Origin: the human T2T-CHM13v2.0 reference genome, Homo sapiens
Direction: 5' to 3' (one strand)
Assembly: GCF_009914755.1 (NCBI RefSeq)
Contig: NC_060930.1
Length of the DNA stretch: 64,000 nucleotides
The notes under the pieces are model-generated. The model saw nothing but the letters and a program-made list of their open reading frames with translations, did no database searches and was not told the origin of the DNA. Position numbers and translations under genes: made by a program. Below are positions 1 to 27,650 of this stretch, piece after piece. How positions within the stretch are numbered: the first letter of the stretch is position 1; each line of letters starts with the position of its first letter.

Positions 1-150
1 ACCACCATACCCAGCTAATTTTTGTATTTTAGTAGAGATGGGGTTTTGCCATGTTGGCCAGGCTGGTCTCGAACTCCTGACCTCAAGTGATCCAACAGCC
101 TCGCCCTCCCAAAGTGCTGAGATTACAGGCGTGAGACACCGTGCCTGGCC
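1..150 (-). mobile_element. Alu (partial, window edge)
   Basis: Alu left-arm consensus. Confidence 0.9.
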
Positions 151-242
151 TCCTTAGAATTTCTAAGCAAACATATAGTTAGATGAGCTTGCAGCACAGA
201 GAGTGCCTCATGGGAAGAAGGTAAATGTTATAATTGCGTTCC

Positions 243-1638
<1,396 letters not shown>

Positions 1639-1832
1639 GACCACTTTTTAATGTTTTTTGTTTGTTTGTTTGTTTGTTTTTCATAATTGCATTCCTAAAG
1701 AGCTAAGTAAGAGGTGGGGGAAAAGGAAAAAGGTAAAAATAATTCATTATTTTCTTTAAGAATGTGGGTGCTCAGTTAACAGCTTTCAGGAGTCAACTTG
1801 CCAAAGTTAATATTTTGTAACTTCATGAATAG

Positions 1833-2274
<442 letters not shown>

Positions 2275-2399
2275 TAGTTACTTTTTAAGATATTTAAGAT
2301 TACTTTTGTTGCATGGTTTTATAGACTTTCCCTGGAGTGATGAGTAAAATGTCCGGTAAGATTAGTATTTTGGGGAGATCATGGAGGCTTACTCTAGAC

Positions 2400-2725
2400 C
2401 AGCACTGTCCTATAGAAATATGAGGTGAGCCAGATACTTAATTTAAAATTTTCTGGTAGTCACATTAAAGAAAAAAGTAGATTAATTTGAGTAGATTAAA
2501 AAAGTAGATTAAGTAGATTAATTTTATTAATATATTTTGTTTAACCCAGAATATTATATCCTGGAATAATAATATCCAGAATATTATTTTAACATGTAAT
2601 CAATATTTTAAAATTATTAATGATACATTTTACATTCTTCTTTTGTGTACTGAGTCTTCATAATCCGATGCGTATTTTGTGCTTACAGAGCATCTCGGTT
2701 AGTACTAGGCATGCTTTCAGTACTC
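2400..2725. mobile_element. MER33-like hAT DNA transposon
   Basis: CAGCACTGTCCTATAGAAATATG...TTTAAAATTTTCTGGTAGTCAC start. Confidence 0.75.
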
Positions 2726-2971
2726 TGATGAGTTGGACCTCACAGATTTAGACTCATGTATGTTTCCCTCTTTTTTTCCCTTGTTTCTCGTCTCATTAAT
2801 TTGTGGCCATTAGCTTTGCCTGTTCTTTCCTGGACTTTGCTGCCTTTTCTATTCTCCTTCTTCCGACTTACCTTGTACTTAATGTGGTGTATTCTTGGCC
2901 TCTTTGTGAATTTGGTCTAAGCTATTTTCTCTTCTAAGCCCGATTACAATTTGTCAGGAAAGGGCTGGTGA

Positions 2972-3610
<639 letters not shown>

Positions 3611-4081
3611 ACAGAATTTTTTCTAAGGTGTTTCCGTCTCTTCTTCAAGTGGAGTCCATTGAAATGGTGGTAGATTATTCCATTTTGCACATTGGGGACA
3701 GTGAGTTTTATTTTCAATTTTAGAAATAAGTAGAATTTCAGAGAGAGAGAGAGTGAATATTGTGCATAGTATATTTGGGAATAAAATACCTGTTGCAGAT
3801 GATAGCCTTGTATAAACAAAATGCTCTTAAAAAAACTGAATTGCAGAAGACAAAACTATCTTCATTTCTTTGCTGCTAAGGTAAGTTACTTCCAATGTTT
3901 GCAAGATCAACCACTTAATTGTGTTGTATGTGTATATGTGTAAATACATGTGCATCTAAAGGACAATTTCAAAGTAATGTTATTTAATATGATTTCTTTT
4001 CAACTTCTTAACACAGAAAAATCTGGACAAATACCCTAGCGTAGTTATTTAAAATGATAAAATTTTAAAATAAAACATTGA

Positions 4082-4306
<225 letters not shown>

Positions 4307-4623
4307 TAGTATGTTTCATGTCTATTAAATGTCCTTGTTGGGTTTTGATGTGAATATTTGATAAAGCAGAAAACCTGGTCTTTCGAATGCCATGTAAAAA
4401 AGAGTTGAGAGTTCTGGATTTAAATCCCAGTTTTCCCTTTTGATGGGTCATTGTCTTGAGGTAGGATAGAAAGCCTCTTTGTTCCTTGAAATGCTTTACT
4501 CTACTAACTGTGAACAGCTGAAAGGTTTTCTAGGATAATATCACCCTGTTACCACCTTCTTCCTGGAGTCCTGAGGACACTGGCATTTCTGTCTCTCTCA
4601 GCTCCCCCTGGACCTAGGGGGAG

Positions 4624-4974
4624 TGTATTAGTCTGTTCTCACGCTGCTAATAAAGACATACCAGAGACTGGGTAATTTATAAAGGAAAGAGGTTTAATGG
4701 ACTCACAGTTCAACATGGCTGGGGAGGCTTCACAATCATGGTAGAAGGCAAAGGAGGAGCAAAGTCACATCTTACATGGCGGCAGGCAAGAGAGTAGGGG
4801 AACTCCCCTTTATAAAACCATCAGATCTTGTGAGACTTACTGTCAGAACAGCATGGGAAAGACCCATCCCCATGTTTCAGTTACCTCCCATGGGGTCTCT
4901 CCCATGACATGTGGGAATTACGGGAGCTACAATTCAAGATGAGATTTGGGTGGGGACACAGCCAGACTGTATCA
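4624..4974 (-). mobile_element. THE1 (MaLR) solo LTR
   Basis: TGTATTAGTC...GAGATTTGGGTGGGGACACAGCCAGACTGTATCA; 5-bp TSD GGGAG. Confidence 0.9.
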
Positions 4975-5928
4975 GGGAGTCATTAGGAATAAAGTTTCTG
5001 AGGGACTTTTTCCACAGTTGTACCTGTTGGTCTTATCTTGTGGAAATGGTCTGTACTTCTCTAGATTGCTGTGGTCTCCAACTCTCTCTGTTTCCTACTT
5101 ATTGACAGAAACAGGAAACCTTTCTGTATCACAGATGGTAGACAGGGCAAAGAAATTTGTGACAAAAGGCAAAAAATACTGTGGTAATGGCCCATAGAAA
5201 GTTGAATTAAGAGCTCAGAGACCAGATAAGGAAGTCTTGGGCTGGTTTCCTTTTGGTTTGAGTTGTATATGAAGGTGTTTATATGTAGCAAAGTGCTCTG
5301 AAAATAGTTTCTAAAAACTCACCTTATTTTAATGACATGGTCTTTTTACAAAAAGGCCATTTCATGGATGAGGATGAGAAATAAAGGGGAAATCAGTCAC
5401 TTGGTAAAAAAACACCTCCTCCATCAAATTACATATGTTCTGAAGACAAGTTTGCCTTAACTCACAAAAACATCGAAATCATATGTCTTTCCAGTTTCAC
5501 AAAAGGAATAATAACGTTTTGAGGGGAGAATGAGGATTTTCCTGTGATAAAGCTGTAGTTCCTAGAATAGGAGGCCCCTATTCTAGGGAAAGGGGTTGGA
5601 CTGAGGACCCTATAGTTGGGAACTCACTACAGACTCATCCTGAAAGAGACTCAGTGCCTGAGAGAAGCAGCGGTTAGACGTTACCCAATGGGGTAAGACC
5701 TGGGCCAGAGACAGGAGAGGCTGGGAAGATACCAGGAAAGAGTGCTTGGAGCAGGGGAATGGCTAGCCCGAGCTGGTCCTGTAGGGAGGTGGGGCCTGGA
5801 GAAGCCAGAAACAGTGGAATGATCCTTCAGGAGAGGACAAACTGGTAAACTTGACTAACTTCTGATTTATCAGTGTGTTTTGTTCTAAGCTTTACGTTTT
5901 CCTTAAATTTTTTTTTTTTTAAAGATGA

Positions 5929-6099
<171 letters not shown>

Positions 6100-6272
6100 T
6101 AAAAGCGATGAAACCTTAGTTGGAAGAGGTCACTGGAAACCTGTGGTCATATGAGTGATGCGTGTCTGATGGCACTTCTGGAGGAAGAAGAGTTGCTGAT
6201 AGCCTTGAATTGTTTTCTACACCTGTTAAGGTCTCTCTTGTGGGTCAACTGGAAATGACAAAGAAGAAATGA

Positions 6273-8073
<1,801 letters not shown>

Positions 8074-8201
8074 ACCTGTGAGTACAGGGAGTGGGGCTCA
8101 AGTTTCTTATCTGTCTCCAGTGGGACTGTGACAGGTGGAAGCCACCTTTCCTGGTTCATGGACCATTTTCTCCTGGCCAACCATCTGTCAATTTAAAAAA
8201 A

Positions 8202-8826
8202 TTTTTTTAAGACAAGGCCTTGTTCTGTCATCATAGCTCACCGTGGCCTCAGCCTCCCAGGCTCATGTGATCCTCCCGCTTCAGCTTCTTGAGTAGCAAG
8301 AACTACAGGTGGTGCCACCACGCCTGGCTTATTTTAAAATTTTTTATAGAGATGGAGTCTCGCTCCATTCCCCAGGCTGGTCTCAAACTCCTGGACTTAA
8401 GAGATTCTCCCATTTTGGCTTCCCAAATCTCTGGGATTACAGGCATGAGCCACCATGCCCCATCAGCCATCTGTCAATTTTTTGACCATCCCCTCCTTGA
8501 GATTGTTTTTGCCTCCATGTTTGTGTATACTCTTTTCTTTACTTTTTTTTTTTTTTTAAGACTGAGTTTCGCTAATGGCACAATCTTGGCTCACTGCCAC
8601 CTCCGCCTTCTGGGTTCAAGCAATTCTCCTGCTTCAGCCTCCTGAGTAGCTAGGATTATAGGGGCATGCCACCATGCCTACCTAATTTTTGTATCTTTAG
8701 TAGAGACTGGGATTTGCCATGTTGGCCAGACTGGTCTCAAACTCCTGACCTCAGGTGATCACCAGCCTCCGCCTCCCAAAGTGCTGGGATTACAGGCATG
8801 AGCAACCACACCTGGCCGCACCCGGC
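8202..8826 (-). mobile_element. Two antisense Alus (AluJ-like 8202-8460; AluS-like 8543-8826)
   Basis: Alu consensus with internal deletions. Confidence 0.85.
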
Positions 8827-9260
8827 TGTGTATTCTCTTTTCATTCAACTCGGCTTTTCCTTGGAATACATGACTTGTTTGGCCTCTGCCTCATTTCTTC
8901 ATTTGGGATCTAGAGACTGAAGGAGCCTAATGTTTGGGAGTGAGACTTAGCTCCTCCCTGGCCTGAAATGAGAATGAACTATTAGCAGCTGAATGCTACA
9001 GCCCCTTAAGAGGCAGGAGGGCTTGAGGACTGGGCCCTGAAGATACCCAACAAACAGAACTCAAAAAAACAAGCTCCATATTAAAATCAAGCACAAACAT
9101 TTATTCATCACAGCATTTATGAAAATTAATGTAAGAACAGAAAAATTTTAAAAATATAAATATCAAAGTACAGTTGAATAATCCATCAGAAAGATTAAAC
9201 TTGCCCTAAATCTCTAATCTTTTATAATCCAGGCTTAATTTCAAAATGCTTTATGTTTTA

Positions 9261-9700
<440 letters not shown>

Positions 9701-9996
9701 TTAGGCACAATATTGAGATTGGTCTGCTTTTGAACAGTCATCCACCATCTCTTCTGTTGCAAACCTTTTATTAGAAAGGATTTTGTCATCCTATACAACA
9801 GCAACTTGGTTGAGAATTGACTGATGGAATAATCCTTTTCTTCCACTCCATACTTCTTTGCTTTTATATTATATAAGAGAGCCCAGTCTTCTAGAAGGGT
9901 ACTTCTCTTATCTCTAGCTTTGTAGAATATGTTTAGTTATACATAAGAGGCACTAACACCCCTCTAAAAATTCTCATTTATGATCTGTGCTTGTAG

Positions 9997-10179
<183 letters not shown>

Positions 10180-10517
10180 TAGTGATTTTCAAATCAGATA
10201 TTTATTTTTCAGTATATAATGGGAGTGGGTCCAAAGAAATATATGATTATGGGGCCAGCTTTCCCTGCTACAGTTACACTGGAAAGGCAAAATGTACTGT
10301 GTACATGAAACAGAAGAACATGAAATTAACCAACAATTGTTACAGATGAGTTTTGTATAAATGGAGTAGAAATTCAGATAAGAGGAATCTGTCATGAGCT
10401 GGAATCATCAGGAAAATCTTTAAGGAAGAGGTGGGTGGGACTTGAATTAACCTTTGGAAAAAAGAATAGAATGTGAAGAGGAGAAAGGGAAGCATTCTTA
10501 GGTAGGTAAAACTACAA

Positions 10518-10808
<291 letters not shown>

Positions 10809-11066
10809 ACTACAAGGACACAACAAGCATGTGAGGGTGACATTCAGGGACAAAGTCTAGAGCAGAGAATTCATGCTGAGTGGTGAGGAACTGAGTGGTG
10901 AGGAACAAGGTTGAATAATCAGGAAAGGATCTTAAGAGTAGACATTTCTGGAAGCTGTAGGAAGTGGGAATTGCTTTTAGCGTTAGCATATTGGGAGACG
11001 GAGTAGAGAATTTTTATGCCTCATGAGTTAATGTATATGTTGTGCACTTGTTTTCTTTCAATTTAG

Positions 11067-11116
11067 TCTTGCCAGTTTTCCCTCCCAGTAGTGGCAGTGG
11101 CCATGAGAAAGACCAA
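11067..11116 (+). CDS. SYCP2L: SYCP2L coding exon (I)LPVFPPSSGSGHEKDQ
   Basis: tttcaatttag acceptor, CAA|gtaagt donor, 50 nt. Confidence 0.9.
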
Positions 11117-11299
11117 GTAAGTACATTGTATCTGGGTTGCTGTGTGCCCTGTGAGTTAAACTGCATTTATTTCTCCAAAAACAACTTTCAGAAATATAAA
11201 AATAACAAAATATTGGTTTACTGATATGTGAATCACCGCCAATAGAAATTTCAAGGTCTTCTAAATGTTTAATATGACTCTTGGGTAAGTAAGTGTTTA

Positions 11300-11607
<308 letters not shown>

Positions 11608-12388
11608 GATTGAGGGTCTTTTTTTTTTTTTTTTTAACTGTTCCCAAATGTTGCTGGAGGATGTTTATTATGAATGATGCTAAAATTCTGGGCTATTCCA
11701 ATTTCCTGCAAATTTACTCTTTTGAATTTATGTTTTGATGTAAACTTGTTGGTTTAGTTCTTCCCTTAGTTTTTTCTAAAGCTTTTAATGGTTTAATTAT
11801 TTAGACATTTATTTTGCAAGTGCTTAGGATACCTTCGGGCTTATATAAATATTGAATAAACCCTCAAAGTTTCTTCATTTCCCTTCACTTATCCTTGTTT
11901 TATATCAGAGTAGTTAAGAATAGAGACAGCAGTGTCTGCACCAATTCAAAGCCAACTTTTGCCGTTTATTCACTGAATTACCTCTCTCAGCAGTTGGTTT
12001 GTGTTTTGTGTCACGTGAGCTATGTATACAGTACAGAGCATATCAGCAAGTTCGGAGCGGTTTATAAGGAGTGGCTGCTGTGATTCTGAGAGTATCGACA
12101 GTGCCCCGCTTGCTCATGCAGAAATAGTTTGGTTAGGGTTTTAATCACATCTTCATCGTCTGTCTTCCATCAGCCTGGAGTGTGTTGCCCTCTGTCCACC
12201 TGAAGGGCTCTCATGCTCTGTAAGGAGAGGGGTGGGTTAAACCTATGAGCCAGAGTAAGTATTTATTCATTGAATAGTTCAACCTGAAATAATGAGTTAT
12301 CAGTTAGAAATGGACCCAAAGAACAGTTTCTAGTAATACAGCTTTTATTTGGAATAAACACCAAAGAAATACCACAGCTTCAAAAAAA

Positions 12389-12802
<414 letters not shown>

Positions 12803-12819
12803 TAAGAGAATAATTTACA

Positions 12820-13230
12820 GCAGAGGTCAGGTCAGCACATTTTTTCTGTAAAGGGCCAGATAGTAAATACTTTTGGCTTTCTGAGCCATGCAATCTCTTT
12901 GGCAACTACTCACCTCTGCCTTTGTAGCCAGAAAACAGCCAGAGACGGAATGGAAACACATGGGTATGCTGTGTTCTAATAAAACTTTGCTTTCAAGAAC
13001 AGCAACAGATTAGTTTGCCAACCCCTGATACAGAGCAGTGGTTCTCAAACACTAGTGGCCATCACAATGACCAGGATGGCTTGCTGAAACATAGATTGCT
13101 GGGTCCTGTCCCTAGAGTTTTGAATTGAATAGATGGGACTTGAGAATTTGCATTTCCATCAAGTTCCCAGATACTGCTCATGTGCCAGTCTAGACCACAC
13201 TTCGAGACCACACTTCGAGTTATCTACTGA
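12820..13230. mobile_element. MER58A followed by MER5A-like hAT elements
   Basis: TTTTTCTGTAAAGGGCCAGATAGTAAATA; CAGTGGTTCTCAAAC...GAGAATTTGCATTTCC. Confidence 0.75.
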
Positions 13231-14025
13231 AATATGACTTCACGTTCTTCCAATTCAGGGGTCTTACGATCTTAGTATTTATTTTTTTGTGGCTACGTTT
13301 ATTAGATGTGTCTTTGAAAAATTAAAAAGAGAAGCTCAATAGCATTTATACCAAACTTTGAATGAAAGCACAAGGAGAAATTTCCTATTCAGTAAAAATG
13401 CAGTCAGAATTTTATTTACTGCAGTAAAATCTCAATTAACTCAATTAATCCTCAAGAAGGAAGGATTTAGTTAATGTAATTTTCCTGCCAATTAAAATTT
13501 AAATCTAGTATCCCCTTACACTAATTCTAATTGTTAGATATTTTATTTTCTTAGCTTAGTAAGCTGAGTAAAGGAAATATAATTGAATCATTGATCATTT
13601 AGGATTTTCACTAGGATCATTAGGCAGATCAGTTCTCATGCTGTAATAGAATAGAGGCAGGTAGAGCAGGAATGTTTAAATGAGTAGTCGCTTTGCTTTG
13701 ACCCTAGGACTTTAGACAGGCACATTCCCTCTGTCTCTGTCTCGTGCACTCTGTCTCTCTCTTAACTAAATCTCTGAAATAAGCTTGCTTTATTCTCCCT
13801 CCCCTTTGGTTTTTATTAATGTATTTAATGAAAGTACTATTATTTGCAAATGTCTTTAAGGTAATTTTAAATTAATGAAAATAGTGATGTTGTAGTTCCT
13901 AAGGAAAACATTTCTGTCTCAATATATACTTTAAAAATAATTCAAAGAGTCAAGGTTTGAATCTATTGTCCATTTGAGGGGAGCAGTACTTGAATGCAGA
14001 GCCATTAGAAGACAACTGGAAATTG

Positions 14026-14312
14026 GCTGGGTGCGGTGGCACATGCCTGTAATCCCAGCGCTTTGGGAGGCCAAGGCGGGCAGATCACCTGAGGTCAGGA
14101 GTTTGAGGCCAGCCTGGCCAACATGGCGAAACCCCATCTCTAATAAAATACAAAAAAATTAGCTGGGTGTGGTGGCGCGTGCCTATGATTCCAGCTACTC
14201 ATGAGGCTGAGGCACGAGAATTGCTTGAACTCAGTAGGTGGAGGTTGCAGTGAGTTGAGATCACACTACTGCACTCTAGCCTGGGTGACAGAGTGATTCC
14301 ATCTTAAAAAAG
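14026..14312 (+). mobile_element. AluS-like
   Basis: TSD-like AACTGGAAATTGG on both sides. Confidence 0.9.
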
Positions 14313-14685
14313 ATAACTGGAAATTGGAAATTCAAGAATCTGTAAGATTCTTTCCAACTGTGAAAACCAGAGTCTGGGATCAGGTGCCAGCCTTTCTCTT
14401 TTTACCTAACAGAATTTCTGATTTCCAAGGATTCATGAGATTTTCATTTCTGTATCTCGAGAAAGAGTAAATGACCTAATTCAGATTCAGTACCATGGCA
14501 TTAAGCTAATATCCACCCCTCAACTAAAAACACACAGAAATTCTTAGTAGAATTAGCATTTATTTTCAAATGGAGTAAATCTAATACTTAAGCTTCTTAA
14601 AGTAATATTGAAAATGTCTTACAATATTTTGATAACTTGTTTTTAATTATGAATGTTAACACTTAAAAAAGATACTATATTTTAG

Positions 14686-14820
<135 letters not shown>

Positions 14821-15078
14821 TGATTTTCTGTTGACTTACATAGGAAAAAATTTGTATTTGGGAAAGGTAGTTTGAAGTAAACAAAACATTTTTATTTTAA
14901 TATCTATTAAAGAAAATATGAAGATAACATTGTTCTTTACCTTAATGTCTCTTATTAGCAAATTAACAGAGGATATGATGTTTTAATTTTGCTGTGCCAT
15001 TTGAGATCATCTTGTACCCAAGAATTGCTGGTCTCTTCTTTTTTTAAAGAAGCAAGACATCTCAAATGATGACCTGTA

Positions 15079-15592
<514 letters not shown>

Positions 15593-15842
15593 CTATAGGC
15601 TTTTTCTTAACCCTCACTGTATTTTATTTTGACTGTGTTTTTAAGTTTGTTAATAATATGATTTTATTATTATTAATAACAATATTAATATTGTTCATTA
15701 TTCTGCAGTTCACATTGCCAGGCATACAATGATATTTAGTAAGTACTTCAATAACAATCTGTTAGTGTAGCTGCCACTGGAAGAAAATAAGTAGGGAAAA
15801 TCAAAAAGTAGAGAGGAAAATGTAACATTAAAGAATAAAAGG

Positions 15843-16127
15843 GGTCAGGCGCAGTGGCTCCCTCCTGTAATCCCAGCACTTTGGGAGGCTGAGGCGGGCA
15901 GATCACCTGAGGTCAGGAGTTCGAGACCAGCCTGACCAATATAGTGAAACCTCGTCTCTACTAAAAATACAAAAACTAGCCAGGCATGGTGGCAGGCACC
16001 TGTAGTCCCAGCTACTCGGGAGGCTGAGACAGGAGAATTGCTTGAACCGGGAGGCAGAGGTTGCAGTGAGCCACTGCACTCCAGCCTGGGCGACAGAGTG
16101 AGACTCTATCTCACAAAGAAAAAAAAA
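15843..16127 (+). mobile_element. AluS-like
   Basis: Alu consensus. Confidence 0.9.
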
Positions 16128-16129
16128 TA

Positions 16130-20465
<4,336 letters not shown>

Positions 20466-20636
20466 AAGAGTAAGAGGCAATAAGGGAGGGGTTTCTAAGG
20501 GAGAGAAGAATCACAAGATTGAGGTGGAAGAATCCCTGCCTGTGTTATTTGAGGCCAGATGGGCAGCTCCTTAAGGTGCCGATCTAGTTGAAGTAACTGG
20601 CTGTTAATCTTAACTACAGATGTACAAACCTAATAA

Positions 20637-21925
<1,289 letters not shown>

Positions 21926-22076
21926 GAATTCGTGTCCCGAAAGACACAGTCAGTAGATTTTTGTTTCACTTAGAACTGTGTTCCTTTTTTTTGATGATGA
22001 GATTTAATATCTAGAATGATAGTGAATTCTTATTGCTTTGTTACTTGGCGTGTATTCACTTGAAACTTCTCTCTAA

Positions 22077-22181
<105 letters not shown>

Positions 22182-22277
22182 TGATTTTCCAGAATTAATA
22201 TCATATTTGCATAACACATTGGCTATTCCTTCTGACGAGTACACCACTTGTTTCTTGCTTTGCCATAAAGGACGTAA

Positions 22278-22424
<147 letters not shown>

Positions 22425-24277
22425 TGATTTTGGCAGACTGGGCTGTTACTCAGATTGCAGATCAAGTCACTTTGCACAGTGACTATTGCCAGGCCGTGGA
22501 GGGAGCAGTGTGAGCTGCTTACTAGTTCTAAATGTTCATGAAGGTTAGGAGGAAAAATGGGGGGCTCCATTCAGGAACCAGGACCTCTTGTGCCAAGGAA
22601 GGTATAGCCTGGGACCTGAATCCCACCAGCCAGTCACACCTTCTCTCCAGCCTCAGAGGAGGGCACAGTGGCGGTACTTTGCTAAGGGTCTCATCCAGAG
22701 CTGATTTCATTCTCAAGCATGTAGGTCACTTGTGGTTTATAAGAAATGTTCTAAAACATTGTGTGGTCAAATTATTAAAACTTCTGAGTTCATTTACTCA
22801 TGTTAACAGTGGTATGAAGATTTCCAGTCTGGTTCACAATGTTGTATCTAATATAATGTAATGAGTTAATATAATACTTTTCTACTGTTTATGATGTTTC
22901 TTGACTGCATTTTTTTCTCTACTTTTAAAATTACGTATCGAAAGGATTCAACTAGTTATAAATATGTGTAGGATATTTAGAATATTAATGCAACAAATAT
23001 CTGCAAACCACCATCCTGTTTTAGGAATATAACATTACTATTGCTTTCAAAATCCTGGTATGCTTTACCTGAAACCCATCCCACCCCCTCCCCTTAATTT
23101 TATGTCTGAGTCTCTGCTTTTTTGTTCATTCGTGCGTTGTGAGAAATACCATACATTCAGAAGAGATAGATGTGTACAGTTTAAAGAATGACTATAAAGT
23201 GAACATCTGTGTAACCACAGCTCAAACTGGGAACTAGAAAATTGCCATTGGCTTAGAATCCTTCCATACCAGATTATTACTTATTAATTTCTTTCATCCC
23301 TCATAGAGGTAATGACTTATGACTTTTGTAAACATCCTTCAGTTACTTCTTTTTATAATTTTGCTTTCTCCATATGTATCCCTAAATAATATACAGTTTA
23401 GTTTTATCTGATTCTAAATGTAAACAAATGACATTATACTGTATACATTATATGTGGCTTCTTTTGCTCAATCATTTGTGAGATCCATTCATGCTAATGT
23501 GTGTAATTGAGGTATATTTCTTTACTATTTAGCATGCAGTTACATGAAAATACCATATTTAAAAATCCATTCCAGTGCTGTGGGATATTTGGATTTTTGC
23601 AATTTGGGTTGTTAGAAATAATGCCACTATGAAGAATCATGAACTCTCTCCTGATACACAGGTTAAAAATCTTGTCTAGGCACATTTTTAGGAGTATAAT
23701 TGCTGGGTTATAAAATATGTATACCTTTAACAATTTTACATATGCCAAACTTTCTCAAAGTGACTGTATCTTTTACTTTTCCACCAGCCGTATATGAGAG
23801 TCCTGTTGCTTTACATCCTCACCAACACTTGGTATTTTAAATTTCTGATATATGTGTGTGTGGACACTGAAGTTTTAATTCAAATATCCCTGATTGAAAT
23901 TTAGCATAATTTTGTGTGTTTATTAGCCATTTGAATTTCCTCTTGTGTAGTGTCTAACACGTCTTGCCTAGTTGTCTATAGCATTATCTTCTTATATTGA
24001 TTCCTAGGAATTCTTCGTAATACATTCTGGACACTTGTCCTTGATTATGTGGCTTGTAAATATCTTCTTCCACTGTGTGGTCTGTACTTCTCTCTCTGTA
24101 TAATCTGTTTAAGATTGCTTTTTTTGATAAATCAAAGCTTTTAATTTTAATAAATTCTCTTTCATCTTTCCTCTGTGGTTAGTCATATGAAATTCTTACC
24201 TACCAAAAAGATATTATATATTATTTCCTATGTTACTACATTTAATGCTATCCATTTCTCTCTAAGTACTGCTTTAG

Positions 24278-24638
<361 letters not shown>

Positions 24639-25015
24639 TAAAATATTTTTTATTTTGATTTCTTCATTGATCCAAATGTTGGTTAGAAGTATATTTGTTA
24701 ATTCTCAGTGGTATAGGAGCTTTTAGCTATCTTTTTGTTATGGTTTTCTACTTTGATTGCATTGTGACTAGAGAACATAGTCTGTATGATTATACCTTTT
24801 GAAATTTTGAGATGTACGTTATGGCTTAGTATATGCCAATTTTTAAAAATATTAATTTGTGGTTAAAAGAGTATATTTCACAATCATTGGGTGCAGTGTC
24901 TCTATATATGTATATTCATTAGGTTACTTTTCTTAACTATGTCCTTCAAATCTTACATTCTTACTGTTTTTTAATCAGTCTACTTATTCTATCAAGTGCT
25001 GAGAGAAGTGTATTA

Positions 25016-25426
<411 letters not shown>

Positions 25427-27650
25427 TTAGATAAAAGTAAAATATTTACCTTATTGTATATTTGCCTTATGGCATATTAAAACTCTTATCATTATGAAGT
25501 GATGACCCCTGTATCTAGTCATGTTTTTGTCTTGAAGTCTGTTTATTTCGTTTAGAATTTGCATGGTATAATTTCTAAAAGTCTTTTCATGACTGACATA
25601 TGTGTATGTGTTTCATAATGTTATATATATAACTTGTAAACAGCCTGTATTTGGACTTCCTTGCCCCTCATTTCATAGTATGTCTTTTAACTGGAGTATT
25701 TAGTCCATTTACATTTCATGTACTTTCCCCCATATTTGGATTATATCTACCAATTTGTTTTGTACTTTCTGTGTGCCCCAACCATTCTGTTTTCTTTCTC
25801 TCATTCTTTTCATTTTGCATAAGTATTTTTATTGTATTTTTTACCTCTACTCATTTGTAGTTATATACTCTATTTCTTTTTTCATTTACTGATTAACTTA
25901 GAAATCATAATGTGTCATTTCTAAGCCTAAATTTAATCTAGTGTTACTTTTCCATAACGTGTAAATTTCTAAGCCTAAATTTAATTTAGTGTTAATCTAG
26001 TGTTACTTTTACATAATGTGTAAATTTCTAAGCCTAAATTTAATTTAGTGTTACTTTTCCTCCAGATTATATAGACCTAAGATCCTTGAATTCCATTGGC
26101 CTACCCCAACCACATAATGTGTTGGTGTTCTTTAATTTTATTTTAAAACTTGAGGTTGAATTTTTGCTTTATGAAAATGCCCATTCAACCTTTATTCTTG
26201 AATTAAATTTTACTGGGTGAAGAATACCATATTGGCAGAATTTTTTCTGTCATACATCAAAGAAATTATTCAATTGCTTTTTGTTTTCTATTCTTCCTGA
26301 TGAAAATTTAGCTGTCAATCTACCAGTCATTCTTCAAAGGTAATTTGTCCTTTTTTTTCCCTCCTCAATATATATATGATTTTTTCCATTTATCCTTGGT
26401 AATGTTCCACTTATTAAAATTTGTCTAAGTAAGTCTAAATACGTCTAAGATAAACCTTTTTGTTTATCTTCCTTGGCATTTGTAGGGAATCTGGAATATG
26501 TGACATGTCTTTCATCAGTTCTGGAAAATTCTCAGCAATTATCTCCTCAAATATTGCTTTTGGCTCATTCCTCTTTCTCCTGCTTGAACTCCAACTAGAT
26601 TCCACATCTTTTACCCACTCCTACGTATTTTCTATTCCTTCACTTTATTTGCATGCTAGATAATTTCATCTGTTTTTCACAACTACCTGTTCACCAGTAT
26701 CTAATACTGGACCTATCATTGAATGTTTATTTTATTTTTTATTTCTAGAAGTTGTTTGGTTCTTTCTAGAGCTACTAGGTCCTTTTGTGTAGTTCCTATT
26801 CCCTGAAGATATTTTTGAGCTTGTTTTTCTTTGTTTAAATAGAGTAGTTTATCTTCTTTCCTCTTTTTCAAAGTTGACTTTAGTTGTTCAAGGGACTTCT
26901 TATTTTTTCATATAAATTTAGACCAAGTTGATCAAGTTACTTAAGTTCACTAGAATTTTGATAGAAATTGCATTAAATATATAAGTTAACTTGAAGAGAA
27001 GTGACATCTTTAAAATATTAAACCATCCCACACAAGAGTATGAAATGTCTCTCTATTGATCTGTGTCATTGTCTGCGTCCTTTATTGAGTTTTAAAGTTT
27101 TCTCTGTGAAGGGCTTATGTATTTTTGGGTAATTCCTAGGTATTTATGATTTTGTTACTATTGTTTTAAAATTTGTTATTGCTAAAGTAGAGCGATACTG
27201 TTAATTTTTATAAAATAACCCTGTATCTGGCAACCTTGCTGAACTCTTATTAGGTCAAATAATTTATCTGTTGATTCTCTTAGTTGTCCTAAGTAGATGA
27301 TTCTATTACTTGCAAAAAATGATAGATTCTTTCTCCCCTTCTGATACTTACATCTCTTATTTTTCATTCTTCATAGCATTGGCCAATATCTTTAGTATGT
27401 CTTAAAAATAGCAGTGAAAATCTGCATCCTTGTCTTTTTTCTAATCTTATAGCAAATGCATCTAAAGTTTCTCTGTTAAGTAAAATGTTTGCAGTAGATT
27501 TTTGGTATTGAATTTTTACCAGGTTAAAGAAGTTCCTTTCTACTCATAATTTGCTCTGAGTTTTTAAAAAATCATACATAAGTATTGAAGTTATGAAATG
27601 CATTTTTCTGCATCAACTAAAATAATCAAATGAATTTTCTCCTTTGGTTT

